Sequence record: MT764208.1
DNA: 64,000 nt
Source: Escherichia phage JEP8
Direction: 5' to 3' (one strand)
Part shown: piece by piece, positions 9,652 to 18,823 of the stretch
Numbering within the stretch: the first letter of the stretch is position 1
Layout of the letters: each line of letters starts with the position of its first letter
Translations under genes and position numbers: made by a program
The notes under the pieces: model-generated
What the model was told of the DNA's origin: nothing
The model's input: only the letters and a program-made list of their open reading frames with translations
The model's database searches: none

Positions 9652-10476
9652 TTACCAACCTCGCTCTTTACCGATCAAAAATTCAACTTCACGACGTTTA
9701 ATATCTTCTTGAAGGTCTTTAATCTTCTGGCGATCTTGCATGATTTCGTCCATCTTGTCAAGTGCTGTAATGAAATCATCGAAACGTTCAAAGGTTTTAC
9801 CTTCATTTGCTTCGCCAAATTTAACCATTGTCAGGCCGTAACGACTACTAAACAGACGTTTCAACTGTCCAACGATCTTAGAATCAGTAGTGACGACTTC
9901 CAATTCTTCTACTTCTTGAAAGAATTTTCTATCAGAATCAATAAACCAGCTAATTCCTTTATGGTCTTTATCTTCGGTTGCACTCATTAGAGTATGGTCT
10001 TTACCATCAATTTCAATTACATCAATTTGCCCACATGGACTAACCTTTTTAACAGTAAAAGGTCTATAATTTATTGCTCGTGCAATAACATAATTAAGGT
10101 TTGATACGTTTTCAGCATAATGGCAGAAGTCGGTCATAGCATTCGCATCTTTCCAAGTATAAGTTTTACCAACTTCCCATTTCTGGGGAACTTCTTCGAC
10201 TTCACGAAAGAATTTTCTATCGAATGGACTAAAGAAATATGTTGCAGTCCAAATGTCTTTTCCTGTAGCAGTTTTCGCCGTATGATAAACACCGTCTAGC
10301 TCTATTGCATCAATCCAACCGTTACCCTCGATCTCGATGATGGTAAATGGCTTGTCACCAATAGCTGCACTAATATCGCTGTTAAGTGGAGAAAGAACAC
10401 CTTCTCCGTTAGTAATAAACTCAGTTTTAGCGTTTTCGTCTTTCCAAGTGTAAGTTTTACCAATTTCCCATTTCAT
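9652..10476 (-). CDS. Paralogous family member B (two tandem modules)
   Basis: 274 aa; MKWEIGKTYTWKD...IELDGVYH...DRKFFREV then KWEVGKTYTWKD...IEIDGKDH...DRKFFQEV. Confidence 0.6.
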   Translation of the reverse strand: MKWEIGKTYTWKDENAKTEFITNGEGVLSPLNSDISAAIGDKPFTIIEIEGNGWIDAIELDGVYHTAKTATGKDIWTATYFFSPFDRKFFREVEEVPQKWEVGKTYTWKDANAMTDFCHYAENVSNLNYVIARAINYRPFTVKKVSPCGQIDVIEIDGKDHTLMSATEDKDHKGISWFIDSDRKFFQEVEELEVVTTDSKIVGQLKRLFSSRYGLTMVKFGEANEGKTFERFDDFITALDKMDEIMQDRQKIKDLQEDIKRREVEFLIGKERGW

Positions 10477-10488
10477 AATATATTCCCC

Positions 10489-10974
10489 TTAACCGATTTT
10501 ATCAAGTTCGTTTAATGCTTTCTCTGCTTCCTGTATAGCTTGCACTCTTTCCGGCATTTTGTCAAGAAAATCTTTCAACTCTTCAAAACTGGAGATATGA
10601 CGCAAGGCATTAGCACCGATAGCCGCATGTGATTTGCATTCAAAGCGGATTTTATAATTATCCATAGCCAATTTGAGAAGATCAATTAGATCATGTTCAT
10701 GACCAGGCAATAAAACTTCTTTGAAGCACGCTCGGTCGTCATCGGAAAACCATATATTATCACCAACATCGATAGAACTAATATAATCCCCTTCGTGATT
10801 ATAGATTGAACGTACATTACCCCAACGGTCTACCGTAGCGACAGTAAATGGTTTATCTAGATATGTAAACACACCATCAATATTAGGTTTTTGTTCGTAA
10901 CGCCAACAATCACGCAAAATACGCTTTTCGTCCTCACCAACCAACTTATATGTCTTCCCTTCTTCCCATTTCAT
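10489..10974 (-). CDS. Paralogous family member C
   Basis: Start moved to MKWEEGKTYKL (SD GAGAGATGA); DRACFKEV motif; coiled-coil tail. Confidence 0.6.
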   Translation of the reverse strand: MKWEEGKTYKLVGEDEKRILRDCWRYEQKPNIDGVFTYLDKPFTVATVDRWGNVRSIYNHEGDYISSIDVGDNIWFSDDDRACFKEVLLPGHEHDLIDLLKLAMDNYKIRFECKSHAAIGANALRHISSFEELKDFLDKMPERVQAIQEAEKALNELDKIG

Positions 10975-10978
10975 AATA

Positions 10979-11506
10979 TCATCTCTCATTTTTGATACGT
11001 GATTCTAATTGGATCATACGGTCGCGCGTTTGCTTATATTCGCGGATAGCACCGATTCGGCTAGGCATACCATCCAGTACGCTCTTAATACCTTCTAGGG
11101 TAGTGATTTTAGCAATGCTATTATGCAATCCTGTCTTATCGATCAACTGAATGTCGTAGGCTTCCATAAGCAGACCCAGACGTTCTAAAGTTAGGTCTTC
11201 TTCTTTTTCTTCCGATTCTGGAATCTTAGGTTCAATAGTAACTTCGGTAAAGAAACGACGCTCACCAGCCCAAAACCACACACCGGAACAGCCAATAGGG
11301 GATTCTTTTAACGTCATAGAGTCGAAATCACTACCAATAATAGTAATTTCTCTAACATCACCATCATCGTCAATGTCTTCTACCATAAACGGGCGACCAG
11401 CCAACAAGTCCACAATACATCTGTTAATAGACGACGAAAATTTAGTCAGTTCGGCTTTCGACGCTTCGCATTCAATCTTGTAAGTTTTACCAACTTCCCA
11501 TTCCAT
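10979..11506 (-). CDS. Paralogous family member D
   Basis: Start moved to MEWEVGKTYKI (SD GAGGTGA); ERRFFTEV motif; charged tail. Confidence 0.6.
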   Translation of the reverse strand: MEWEVGKTYKIECEASKAELTKFSSSINRCIVDLLAGRPFMVEDIDDDGDVREITIIGSDFDSMTLKESPIGCSGVWFWAGERRFFTEVTIEPKIPESEEKEEDLTLERLGLLMEAYDIQLIDKTGLHNSIAKITTLEGIKSVLDGMPSRIGAIREYKQTRDRMIQLESRIKNER

Positions 11507-11516
11507 AATAATCACC

Positions 11517-12020
11517 TCAAATAATTTTCACTGGAATACTATTAACAATCTTGTATTGTACTTGATTGTCAGACCCCCGCCACGGCTTCTTCGTTGGCAT
11601 ATCTTTAATATAACGCCCATCGATGAACATGTCAACTGATTCTACAATTTTTCTTTGCTCATCATTCAATTGGTCAAGGGTATAACCGGACCATAGCCAA
11701 ATATCTTTATTTGGCATCCATGATTTTACTTCATCGATGATCCGCTGTACACCCTTTAAATTGCGTTTATACAGTGGATCGCCACCTAAGAATGTTAGCC
11801 CCTGAATAAAATCAGGACTAAGCAGATCCAGAATCAATCCCATTGTATCATCGGTGAATGGTTCCCCGTTCTTAGGATTGAGTATACTGGAATTAAAACA
11901 ACCATCACATGCGTGTGAACATCCGGTAACGTAAAGGGAGACTCTCACTCCCTCACCGTTAACCATATCACAATCTTTAATATCGGCATAGCGTAGTTTG
12001 CCGTATGTATCAGAACTCAT
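11517..12020 (-). CDS. nrdG: Anaerobic ribonucleotide reductase activating protein (radical SAM)
   Basis: ORF track starts at TTG; ATG at 12018-12020. Radical-SAM cluster motif CSHACDGC (Cx3Cx2C); adjacent to nrdD. Confidence 0.85.
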   Translation of the reverse strand: MSSDTYGKLRYADIKDCDMVNGEGVRVSLYVTGCSHACDGCFNSSILNPKNGEPFTDDTMGLILDLLSPDFIQGLTFLGGDPLYKRNLKGVQRIIDEVKSWMPNKDIWLWSGYTLDQLNDEQRKIVESVDMFIDGRYIKDMPTKKPWRGSDNQVQYKIVNSIPVKII

Positions 12021-12162
12021 ATTCAATTACCCCGAACTCGTTTACAATCTGCGCTTTATAGTAACCACCGCGAGATGCCAATAGATAAGCTGGTCTTAGG
12101 TATTCGTATTCACGGATTTCTACTTGTGCGTTTTCAGTTTCCCAAATCAGTAAAGTCCACAT
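12010..12162 (-). CDS. Small hypothetical protein (50 aa) overlapping nrdG start
   Basis: Below ORF-track cutoff; ATG preceded by the cassette RBS GGAGAATCAAAT; translation MWTLLIWETENAQVEIREYEYL... Confidence 0.3.
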   Translation of the reverse strand: MWTLLIWETENAQVEIREYEYLRPAYLLASRGGYYKAQIVNEFGVIEYEF

Positions 12163-12204
12163 ATTTGATTCTCCTGTAAAGTTGTATCTCGTCTTGATGA
12201 ATAT

Positions 12205-12233
12205 AGTATAGGGGATCTCGCGATCCCCGTCAA
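12205..12233 (-). promoter_or_regulatory. PeSL-like early promoter
   Basis: Minus strand TTGACG ggggatcgcgagatcccc TATACT (hairpin spacer). Confidence 0.55.
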
Positions 12234-12237
12234 GAAT

Positions 12238-12765
12238 TTATTTTAAATTTTTTCGAATGTATTCAGACCATTCCTTCCCTGTCATTTCGGACCCGTTCTG
12301 GAAACTGAAATATTCATAAGGCATCGAGTCAAGATAAAACAGGATCATACATCGCGCCATATAATACCAATCACGATTAAAGTAAACTACGTTATCACCA
12401 GTGCCATCAACCCCTTTATCATAACCATCGCGGGTACGGGCTACCCATTGAATAGTATCAGTTTTCTCACGGATAGTAACAGGTTCCCAATATCCAGCAC
12501 ATCCAGCATGACCACACGAACAAGTAAGGAAGTATTGGCCTTTTGCTTTGTTGTCATCCCATTCACGATGGATTGGTTCGACCTCGTGAAACAGTACCAA
12601 ACAATCATGATTATGCAACACTGGCTTACCATCAATCAATGCATGGAATGTATACAAACGACCAGTAGACAAATAGCTATCCTCACGCTCAACCAGTTCA
12701 ATAGCAATCTTTTTAGCTCGTTCTTTGTGTCGTTGTGCTTTACGCTTACGGTTTAATGATTTCAT
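12238..12765 (-). CDS. Hypothetical protein
   Basis: Start moved to MKSLNRKRK (SD GAGGTGAAT); basic N-terminus, Cys/His-rich middle (CSCGHAGCAGYW). Confidence 0.5.
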   Translation of the reverse strand: MKSLNRKRKAQRHKERAKKIAIELVEREDSYLSTGRLYTFHALIDGKPVLHNHDCLVLFHEVEPIHREWDDNKAKGQYFLTCSCGHAGCAGYWEPVTIREKTDTIQWVARTRDGYDKGVDGTGDNVVYFNRDWYYMARCMILFYLDSMPYEYFSFQNGSEMTGKEWSEYIRKNLK

Positions 12766-12782
12766 ATTCACCTCACACATTA

Positions 12783-13325
12783 TCAAAGGTCGCGATATAG
12801 TACATTATGAAAATGAGAACTTGCATTACCAATATTGTAGATAATAAATTCTTCATCCGGCGCTTGCGCTACAAATTGAGTATGAGCAACCGCCACAACC
12901 TTAAAAATACGATCCGTGATCTTGTGTTTAATTTCTGCCCCTACTTCCATAGGAACATATTCATTTGTTTCTGTTTCAGTCGCAAAACAGCCATCTTCTT
13001 CATAAGCACGAACAAATCGGTCGCAATCAGTACGCTTAACAAATTCAAGAGTATATAATTCTCGTGAATTGTCGGTATAGACCAATACAGAATTATTATG
13101 ATAGCGAATCACATACAGGTTATTATCATCGTCAATTACGCAAAAGCTACGGATTCCTTCGCCTTGACTCCAGCAGATATTAACCACCGTTCCTCTAATA
13201 AAAAAACTTTCCTTTAAATTAAAACTAGTCAATGTGCTAGCGTGCATTTTAACAACAACACCATCGCCAATTTCCAGTTTACGAAGTTTAACTTCTTTGC
13301 TCAGTACACAAAACATCATCATCAT
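12783..13325 (-). CDS. Hypothetical protein
   Basis: 180 aa; SD GAGAGGA before ATG. Confidence 0.5.
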   Translation of the reverse strand: MMMMFCVLSKEVKLRKLEIGDGVVVKMHASTLTSFNLKESFFIRGTVVNICWSQGEGIRSFCVIDDDNNLYVIRYHNNSVLVYTDNSRELYTLEFVKRTDCDRFVRAYEEDGCFATETETNEYVPMEVGAEIKHKITDRIFKVVAVAHTQFVAQAPDEEFIIYNIGNASSHFHNVLYRDL

Positions 13326-13354
13326 GTTGTCCTCTCGTTGTTTTCGATGTGAGC

Positions 13355-13382
13355 ATTATACATTAGCTAATCAAGTTGTCAA
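13355..13382 (-). promoter_or_regulatory. Early promoter (TTGACA-16-TATAAT) with conserved leader
   Basis: Minus strand TTGACA acttgattagctaatg TATAAT, then leader CACATCGAAAACAACGAGAGGA. Confidence 0.5.
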
Positions 13383-13392
13383 CACCCCAAAA

Positions 13393-13420
13393 CGAAAAAG
13401 CCGACCCTTTCGGATCGGCT
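13393..13420 (-). terminator. Rho-independent terminator downstream of nrdD
   Basis: Hairpin agccgatccgaaagggtcggct followed by TTTTTCGTTTT on the minus strand. Confidence 0.6.
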
Positions 13421-13425
13421 GAAAA

Positions 13426-15288
13426 TTACATGTGCTTAACGCGGTTTACCATCTCGGAGTGTTTCCCGTGGTTAAATGGACGCAGATCAACAGATCCAAG
13501 ATATCCACTAACGCGACGGATAACATTCATCTTTTCCAGATTGTCATTGCCGCAATCAGGGCAAACAAAACCAGACTCGGTCGCTCTCATTTCCTTATTA
13601 GATCCACATACATGACATACATCAGAAGGAGTATTAACACCGAAGTAGTGCAATTTATCCATTGCATAGTCTACTACAGTTTCAAGACCTTTCAGGTTGT
13701 TTTTCATGTCTGGGAACTCAACATAAGAGATCATGCCACCGGACGCCAGCCAGTGATAATCTTTCTCAAAGTCGATTTTCTCAAATGGTGTGACTTTCCG
13801 GTCTACGTCAAGGTGGAATGAGTTGGTGTACCAGTCTTTATCGGTAGCACCCTTAACAATACCAAATTGCTCTCTGTCCAGTCGATTAAATCGATAGCAA
13901 AGGCTCTCGGCTGGCGTACCGTAAAGACTAAACCCAAGTCCGGTTTCATCCTTCCATTTTTCAGTATAATGACGCAAGATCTTAAGAATATGTTTACCGT
14001 ATCGCTGCGCATCTTCCGAATCAAACGGATGAACACCAAACAGGACGCTCAATACCTCATGTAAACCAATATATCCAAGAGAGATACTAGCGCGACCATC
14101 TTTCAACACTTCCAAAATTTCATCGTTTTGATGAATACGGAAAAATGCACCTTCTGTATACAGCACCGGAGCAACATTGGCTTTAGCGCCTTTTAAAGCG
14201 TCTACGCGACTCATGAGCGCATCAAAGCAAATAGGCATACGATTGGCTAGCTCTTGTTCGAATAGCTCAATTCTGCGCATTACAGACGCTTTACCAGCAC
14301 GACGCGCGGCAATAAGGGCAATACGCGGAAGATTCAGAGTCACAACACCTAAGTTATTACGTCCGTCTAATACTTCTTCTCCTTTCTCATTATGCCACAC
14401 ACCCAGGAAGCTACGACAACCCATCGGGCTAACCGGAACACTAGATCCGGTGATACTACGGTTATTCTTCGCAGAGATATAATCAGGGTAAAGACGCTTA
14501 CTAGAACATTCCAATGCAAGTTGCTTAATGTCGTAGTTCGGATCTTCCGGTTTAAGGTTTAATCCTTCTTCTAAGAACATCACCAGCTTAGGAAACACCG
14601 GAGTGATACCATCTTTACCTAAACCTTTAGTTCGAACGTTCAGGATCGCTTTCTGAATCAGTTTTTCTTCCCAGCTAGTACCCATACCAAAGGTTAAAGT
14701 CACAAAAGGCGTTTGACCGTTGGTGGAGAACAAAGTGTTGATTTCATATTCCAACGCTTGATACCCGTCTAAAGTTTCTTTTTCTGTCTTCTCTTGTGCA
14801 TAGAGAGTATCAGCTTTGATTCCGTAGGTTTCGGCATCAGCAAGGTGTTTATGATATGTTTTCTCAACATACGGTGCTAACACCTGATCGATGTTTGCGA
14901 TTGTGGTCCCTCCATATTGATGACTTGCCACCTGTGCGATAATTTGAGCGGTCACAGCACATGCAACACCGATCGATTTAGGACTTTCGATTTGTGCGCT
15001 ACCCAATTTAAAACCATTCTCTAACATGTCTTTGAGATTAACAAGACAGCAGTTAGTAAACGGCATAGCGGGTGCATAATCCATATCATGATAATGAATA
15101 TCACCGTCTACATGCGCTTTATAGATGTGCTCAGGTAACACGGTTTTAGCAATCTGTTTAGACACAGCACCAGCAATCAGATCTCGACGTGTCGGGAATG
15201 TTCGCGCGTCTTTGTTCGCGTTCTCTTTACTTACTTCGTTTTCTTTACCCGTTGCGATCTCTGTAATGTCTTTGATTAGTTTTTCCAT
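13426..15288 (-). CDS. nrdD: Anaerobic ribonucleoside-triphosphate reductase
   Basis: 620 aa; C-terminal glycyl-radical motif RVSGYLG and Zn-ribbon cysteines (CHVCGS...CPDCG); uninterrupted ORF. Confidence 0.92.
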   Translation of the reverse strand: MEKLIKDITEIATGKENEVSKENANKDARTFPTRRDLIAGAVSKQIAKTVLPEHIYKAHVDGDIHYHDMDYAPAMPFTNCCLVNLKDMLENGFKLGSAQIESPKSIGVACAVTAQIIAQVASHQYGGTTIANIDQVLAPYVEKTYHKHLADAETYGIKADTLYAQEKTEKETLDGYQALEYEINTLFSTNGQTPFVTLTFGMGTSWEEKLIQKAILNVRTKGLGKDGITPVFPKLVMFLEEGLNLKPEDPNYDIKQLALECSSKRLYPDYISAKNNRSITGSSVPVSPMGCRSFLGVWHNEKGEEVLDGRNNLGVVTLNLPRIALIAARRAGKASVMRRIELFEQELANRMPICFDALMSRVDALKGAKANVAPVLYTEGAFFRIHQNDEILEVLKDGRASISLGYIGLHEVLSVLFGVHPFDSEDAQRYGKHILKILRHYTEKWKDETGLGFSLYGTPAESLCYRFNRLDREQFGIVKGATDKDWYTNSFHLDVDRKVTPFEKIDFEKDYHWLASGGMISYVEFPDMKNNLKGLETVVDYAMDKLHYFGVNTPSDVCHVCGSNKEMRATESGFVCPDCGNDNLEKMNVIRRVSGYLGSVDLRPFNHGKHSEMVNRVKHM

Positions 15289-15334
15289 TGTATCACCTAT
15301 GAAAAAGCGGGATTTTCTCCCGCTCGTTGATAGT

Positions 15335-15829
15335 TTATTTTACCAGTTCTGCTAATTCTTTTTCTTTAGCTTCCAGTTCAGCTTTAAGCTGTTTAATCTC
15401 TTGTCGCTTCTTATTAGCGGCTTCCTGCTTACTATTGCGGATAATCTGATCTAGATACAACTCCCAATCCTGAATATTTTTGATAATATAACCGTCAACA
15501 TTAATTGGTCGGATATTTAGTACAGCTTCCAGTTTAGTCGCAAAAACTTTAATTGCTGGTGTGAAGTATTCATATTCGTTATCTTCAAACCAATAACCTA
15601 GACTTGCATTCTCAATACGAAGACGAAGTTCAAGATCAAGGTCTTTATCTTCGGTGTAAAGATCTTGCACATGCCCCATCGAACTAACAACAACTTTAAA
15701 ACGAATTTTATCAACACCACCAAACACATCAGTAAGGATACCAGCAATTGAGCTATTAGCGCAAGATTGGTCGCTGAATGCGTCAAGGTTTTCTTTAGTT
15801 ACAGTATACCAAACATCTTGTACCCACAT
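15335..15829 (-). CDS. Paralogous family member E (divergent)
   Basis: 164 aa; NEYEYFTPAI motif and coiled-coil tail (KQLKAELEAKEKELAELVK); SD GAGAGGA. Confidence 0.5.
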   Translation of the reverse strand: MWVQDVWYTVTKENLDAFSDQSCANSSIAGILTDVFGGVDKIRFKVVVSSMGHVQDLYTEDKDLDLELRLRIENASLGYWFEDNEYEYFTPAIKVFATKLEAVLNIRPINVDGYIIKNIQDWELYLDQIIRNSKQEAANKKRQEIKQLKAELEAKEKELAELVK

Positions 15830-15859
15830 AATATAATCCTCTCGTTGTTAAGTGGGAGT

Positions 15860-15887
15860 ATTATAGCATACTCCCTTCGCATGTCAA
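15860..15887 (-). promoter_or_regulatory. PeSL-like early promoter
   Basis: Minus strand TTGACA ...gggagtatgc TATAAT actccc; hairpin spans the -10. Confidence 0.5.
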
Positions 15888-17062
15888 GCACTAACTTTTT
15901 TCTTTACTGCTTTCACCTTCTGGCGAATTGCTCGAATCTCTTCGATCTCTTTTTCAGTCTCTTTAACAATTTCTTTGCGATTCTGAATATCTGTATCGAG
16001 ATTATCATCAAGTTTAGGCAGCATGTCAATCAAGAACTTTTTAAAGTCTTTCAGGTTTCGGATAACAGCACCTTCACCCATTACCGCCACCCCTACACCA
16101 TCCGGCAGATCACCAAACAGCTTAACCAGTTCAGACAGATGATCATGATCTTCTAGTGCTTCTTCCGGTTCAGATGGCAGTTCAACAAAGTTATAACGTT
16201 CATCATTGCTGATCAAGTGATACCAGCAAAGCCCAAAAGATTTAGGAGTATATTCTACACCATCAACTTCAACCGCGTCAACACTTCCGAAAGAATCTAC
16301 TTTAGTTGCCTTAAATCCGTGTTCCAGCTTTTGAACAATTTCAATAACATGACTGGATACGGTTTCCGTATTAAACCAATGAGGCAAATTATGTGGATTT
16401 GGCTTGTAGCGTTCGCCTACTTTAAATCTCTGACCACGCTCTTGCATACGGACATATTCAACTCGCGTGATTTCCGCGAAGTATTCAAATTCGCCACCGT
16501 CAAACACACAAGCCCATTGATCACAAAAACGATCTGCCTTAACAGTTTCACCTTTCGCGGTGATCATGGTAGCTGATCCGTGCAATTCTTCTTCAACTAA
16601 AAAGCCATATTCGACAAAATCAACAAGTTTCATAGCTTCTTTGTGATCTGGATCATGCTCTCCCCAGAATCGCTTAAATTCTTGCAAACCTTCTGGGGTA
16701 AACGAATAACATTTACCTTTTTCAAAGTAAGTCGGCATTGCATCCTCTTTCTTGTTCATCGCTTCGTATGCCTCTTTTGAGATGCGTTTAAAGTATTTAC
16801 GCTCATTGTGCATAATCATAGTAGCCCAATAATCAACAATATCATTAGCGGAATAAACTACATCTCCAGCTTCAATAGTAATAACATGACCGTGGTCATC
16901 TTTTTCTAATACTTTAAAGCCCTTTTCTACGATTTCAGCAACCCGAATATGACCACGGCGCGAAGCATCGGTCAGAATAATTGAATAGCGAGAAAAGTCT
17001 AGAAACTCATCTTTACCACCTTCACGGAATGCATAGTAATGACCTTCAAAGAATTTAGCCAT
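15884..17062 (-). CDS. Paralogous family member F (multi-module, 392 aa)
   Basis: ERKYFKRI and ERYNFVEL motifs, VDAVEVDGVEY; C-terminal coiled-coil. Confidence 0.6.
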   Translation of the reverse strand: MAKFFEGHYYAFREGGKDEFLDFSRYSIILTDASRRGHIRVAEIVEKGFKVLEKDDHGHVITIEAGDVVYSANDIVDYWATMIMHNERKYFKRISKEAYEAMNKKEDAMPTYFEKGKCYSFTPEGLQEFKRFWGEHDPDHKEAMKLVDFVEYGFLVEEELHGSATMITAKGETVKADRFCDQWACVFDGGEFEYFAEITRVEYVRMQERGQRFKVGERYKPNPHNLPHWFNTETVSSHVIEIVQKLEHGFKATKVDSFGSVDAVEVDGVEYTPKSFGLCWYHLISNDERYNFVELPSEPEEALEDHDHLSELVKLFGDLPDGVGVAVMGEGAVIRNLKDFKKFLIDMLPKLDDNLDTDIQNRKEIVKETEKEIEEIRAIRQKVKAVKKKVSA

Positions 17063-17093
17063 AATATAATCCTCTCGTTGTTTAGATGTGAGT

Positions 17094-17122
17094 ATCTTAC
17101 TACTCCCGTTTCATCATGTCAA
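17094..17122 (-). promoter_or_regulatory. PeSL-like early promoter
   Basis: Minus strand TTGACA tgatgaaacgggagtag TAAGAT actccc. Confidence 0.55.
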
Positions 17123-17685
17123 GCGTTAAATGACTTTTGGATCTCTTTCAGTTCAGCTACTTTATCGGCGCTGAATTTAGCGTAGGTATCATGTCGAATA
17201 ATTTCACTTTCAAGAAAGGTTTCCAGCCGAGATCTATTTTCAATAAGGAACTCTTTCAGGTCTTCCGCGTTCTTGATAAAGATTTTATTGTCAGTAATGT
17301 CATCTTCAATCGCAAAGGAGATAGAGCGAACTTTACCAAACAAGTTAATCAGATCTTCCAGAGATTCTTCTTTCTTAACTGGTTTCATTTCTTCAAACTG
17401 CTTTTTAGTGATGCGTTTAAAGTATTTGCGCTCGCTTGCATCAATCATGATTGACGCACCCTCATAATCATGAGTTTCTACCAAATACACTTTACCCATA
17501 ACATTAACCGTAAGAACTTTAAAGCCCCTGTGAAGCACACCATACAGGAACTTGTTATGTTGTGGATAGCGTTTAACAAATTCCTCTGCGGACTCAGCAT
17601 TACGGAAAGTGTAATAACGACCTCGTTCAAAAACAGCATCATTTGAAGACTTAGCTGGATACAATTTATACGTTTTCTGTACCAT
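17119..17685 (-). CDS. Paralogous family member G
   Basis: Start moved to MVQKTYKLY (SD GAGGA); ERKYFKRI motif; coiled-coil tail. Confidence 0.6.
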   Translation of the reverse strand: MVQKTYKLYPAKSSNDAVFERGRYYTFRNAESAEEFVKRYPQHNKFLYGVLHRGFKVLTVNVMGKVYLVETHDYEGASIMIDASERKYFKRITKKQFEEMKPVKKEESLEDLINLFGKVRSISFAIEDDITDNKIFIKNAEDLKEFLIENRSRLETFLESEIIRHDTYAKFSADKVAELKEIQKSFNA

Positions 17686-17699
17686 AATATAATCCTCTA

Positions 17700-17972
17700 T
17701 CATTTCACTAATTGAACAGCACGGAACAGAATGCGCTCACACGGAAGCAGCATAAATTCCCAACGCGGATCAAAGTCTTTAGCGGTGTATGTTTTCCCAT
17801 CAACCGAGATTTCACTTACATAACCAACAGGTGACACTTTAAGAACAGTAAATCCATTCTTGATGACTTCGTAGGTATCTTTCACTCCTTCGTATTCATC
17901 ATCTAAGAAGTCTTTACGTGCTTGCTCAGATTTAAAAACATAGGCAACACCGGATTTAAACATCTTACGCAT
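17700..17972 (-). CDS. Paralogous family member H (single module, 90 aa)
   Basis: Start moved to MRKMFKSGVAYVFK after RBS GGAGAATCAAC; ISVDGKTYTAKDF motif. Confidence 0.5.
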   Translation of the reverse strand: MRKMFKSGVAYVFKSEQARKDFLDDEYEGVKDTYEVIKNGFTVLKVSPVGYVSEISVDGKTYTAKDFDPRWEFMLLPCERILFRAVQLVK

Positions 17973-18003
17973 TGTTGATTCTCCTTCTTGATTAGATGGG
18001 AGC

Positions 18004-18032
18004 ATTTTACTACTCCCATTTCTTATTGTCAA
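18004..18032 (-). promoter_or_regulatory. PeSL-like early promoter
   Basis: Minus strand TTGACA ataagaaatgggagtag TAAAAT; lies inside the TTG-extended ORF-track ORF, supporting the shorter CDS. Confidence 0.55.
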
Positions 18033-18035
18033 CTA

Positions 18036-18509
18036 CTATCTTAAACTTTTTATGAATTGTTTCTTATACTTCTTCGTGATCTCTTCTCTTGTATCAGCGT
18101 CGCAGTAATCGAAACCTTCTGCGTCCATAATAGCAACCATCTCCGCGCGGGTCAAGCGTGAAAATAGTTTTACTTTATCAACGGCATATTGAGGATGTAA
18201 ATGATTGTTGGTGTAGTCTCCTTTGATGTAATTAACATAGTTTGTAGCCCAAACAACGAAATCAGCACCTAAAGCACCAACACCAAACCGCTTAAAGTCT
18301 CCGGTCAACGATCCTTCTAGGCGGTTGCAACACGAATGAAGCAATCCCCTTACGCGGCCTTGCCCTTTCCCATCTAGATCATGATCATGGTCAAGATGGT
18401 TTTTGCTCATATCCTCAAAAAGTGGCAATTGACAAAGGGGGCAAATGCCCCCCTGTTTTTCGAATAGTTCTTGTTTGTACTCTTTAGCACTCTTAGCAGT
18501 CAGTAACAT
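18036..18509 (-). CDS. 49: Endonuclease VII (Holliday junction resolvase) gp49
   Basis: 157 aa from ATG (MLLTAKSAKEY) after SD GGAGGGTGA; Zn-binding CPLC...HLDHDHDLDG...GLLHSCCN resembles T4 endo VII. Confidence 0.85.
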   Translation of the reverse strand: MLLTAKSAKEYKQELFEKQGGICPLCQLPLFEDMSKNHLDHDHDLDGKGQGRVRGLLHSCCNRLEGSLTGDFKRFGVGALGADFVVWATNYVNYIKGDYTNNHLHPQYAVDKVKLFSRLTRAEMVAIMDAEGFDYCDADTREEITKKYKKQFIKSLR

Positions 18510-18533
18510 AAATTCACCCTCCAAAGAAGGTAT

Positions 18534-18815
18534 TTAACCATTAATCTTGTTTTTGACTACAAAGGATCTGAACTCATCAAAACCACCTATATAATCACCA
18601 TTATAGAAAATCTGCGGCATGGTGGCAATAACTTCTACCCCTGAGCGATCCTGAATGTCGGCAATGATAGAATCAATCTTTACCGGACGACCGTTTTCGT
18701 CTACACCATCATTAACCGGAATGTAGATGTAAGGGATCTTACGCGATTCACAAAGGCGCTTTGCATTCTGGCAATACTTACAGTTGTAACCTTCAAAACC
18801 AAAAATTTCTACCAT
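18534..18815 (-). CDS. nrdC: Glutaredoxin/thioredoxin NrdC
   Basis: 93 aa from ATG (MVEIFGFEGYNCKYCQNAKRL...TMPQIF...IGGFDEF); CxxC redox motif; resembles T4 NrdC. Confidence 0.8.
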   Translation of the reverse strand: MVEIFGFEGYNCKYCQNAKRLCESRKIPYIYIPVNDGVDENGRPVKIDSIIADIQDRSGVEVIATMPQIFYNGDYIGGFDEFRSFVVKNKING

Positions 18816-18823
18816 GTTATACC

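Noticed and set aside
13432-13821. Plus-strand ORFs inside nrdD (also 13867-14064, 14177-14482, 15125-15355)
   Set aside because: Antisense frames of a well-supported conserved gene.
13426-15288. Group I intron or intron-encoded endonuclease in nrdD
   Set aside because: nrdD is one continuous 620-aa ORF ending in the glycyl-radical motif; no interruption.
18509-18524. Long N-terminal extensions in the ORF track (gp49, nrdC, nrdG, gp57A/B and many small ORFs)
   Set aside because: The track extends to upstream TTG/GTG codons; the proper ATG with an SD lies a few codons downstream, and T4-size agreement supports the shorter forms.
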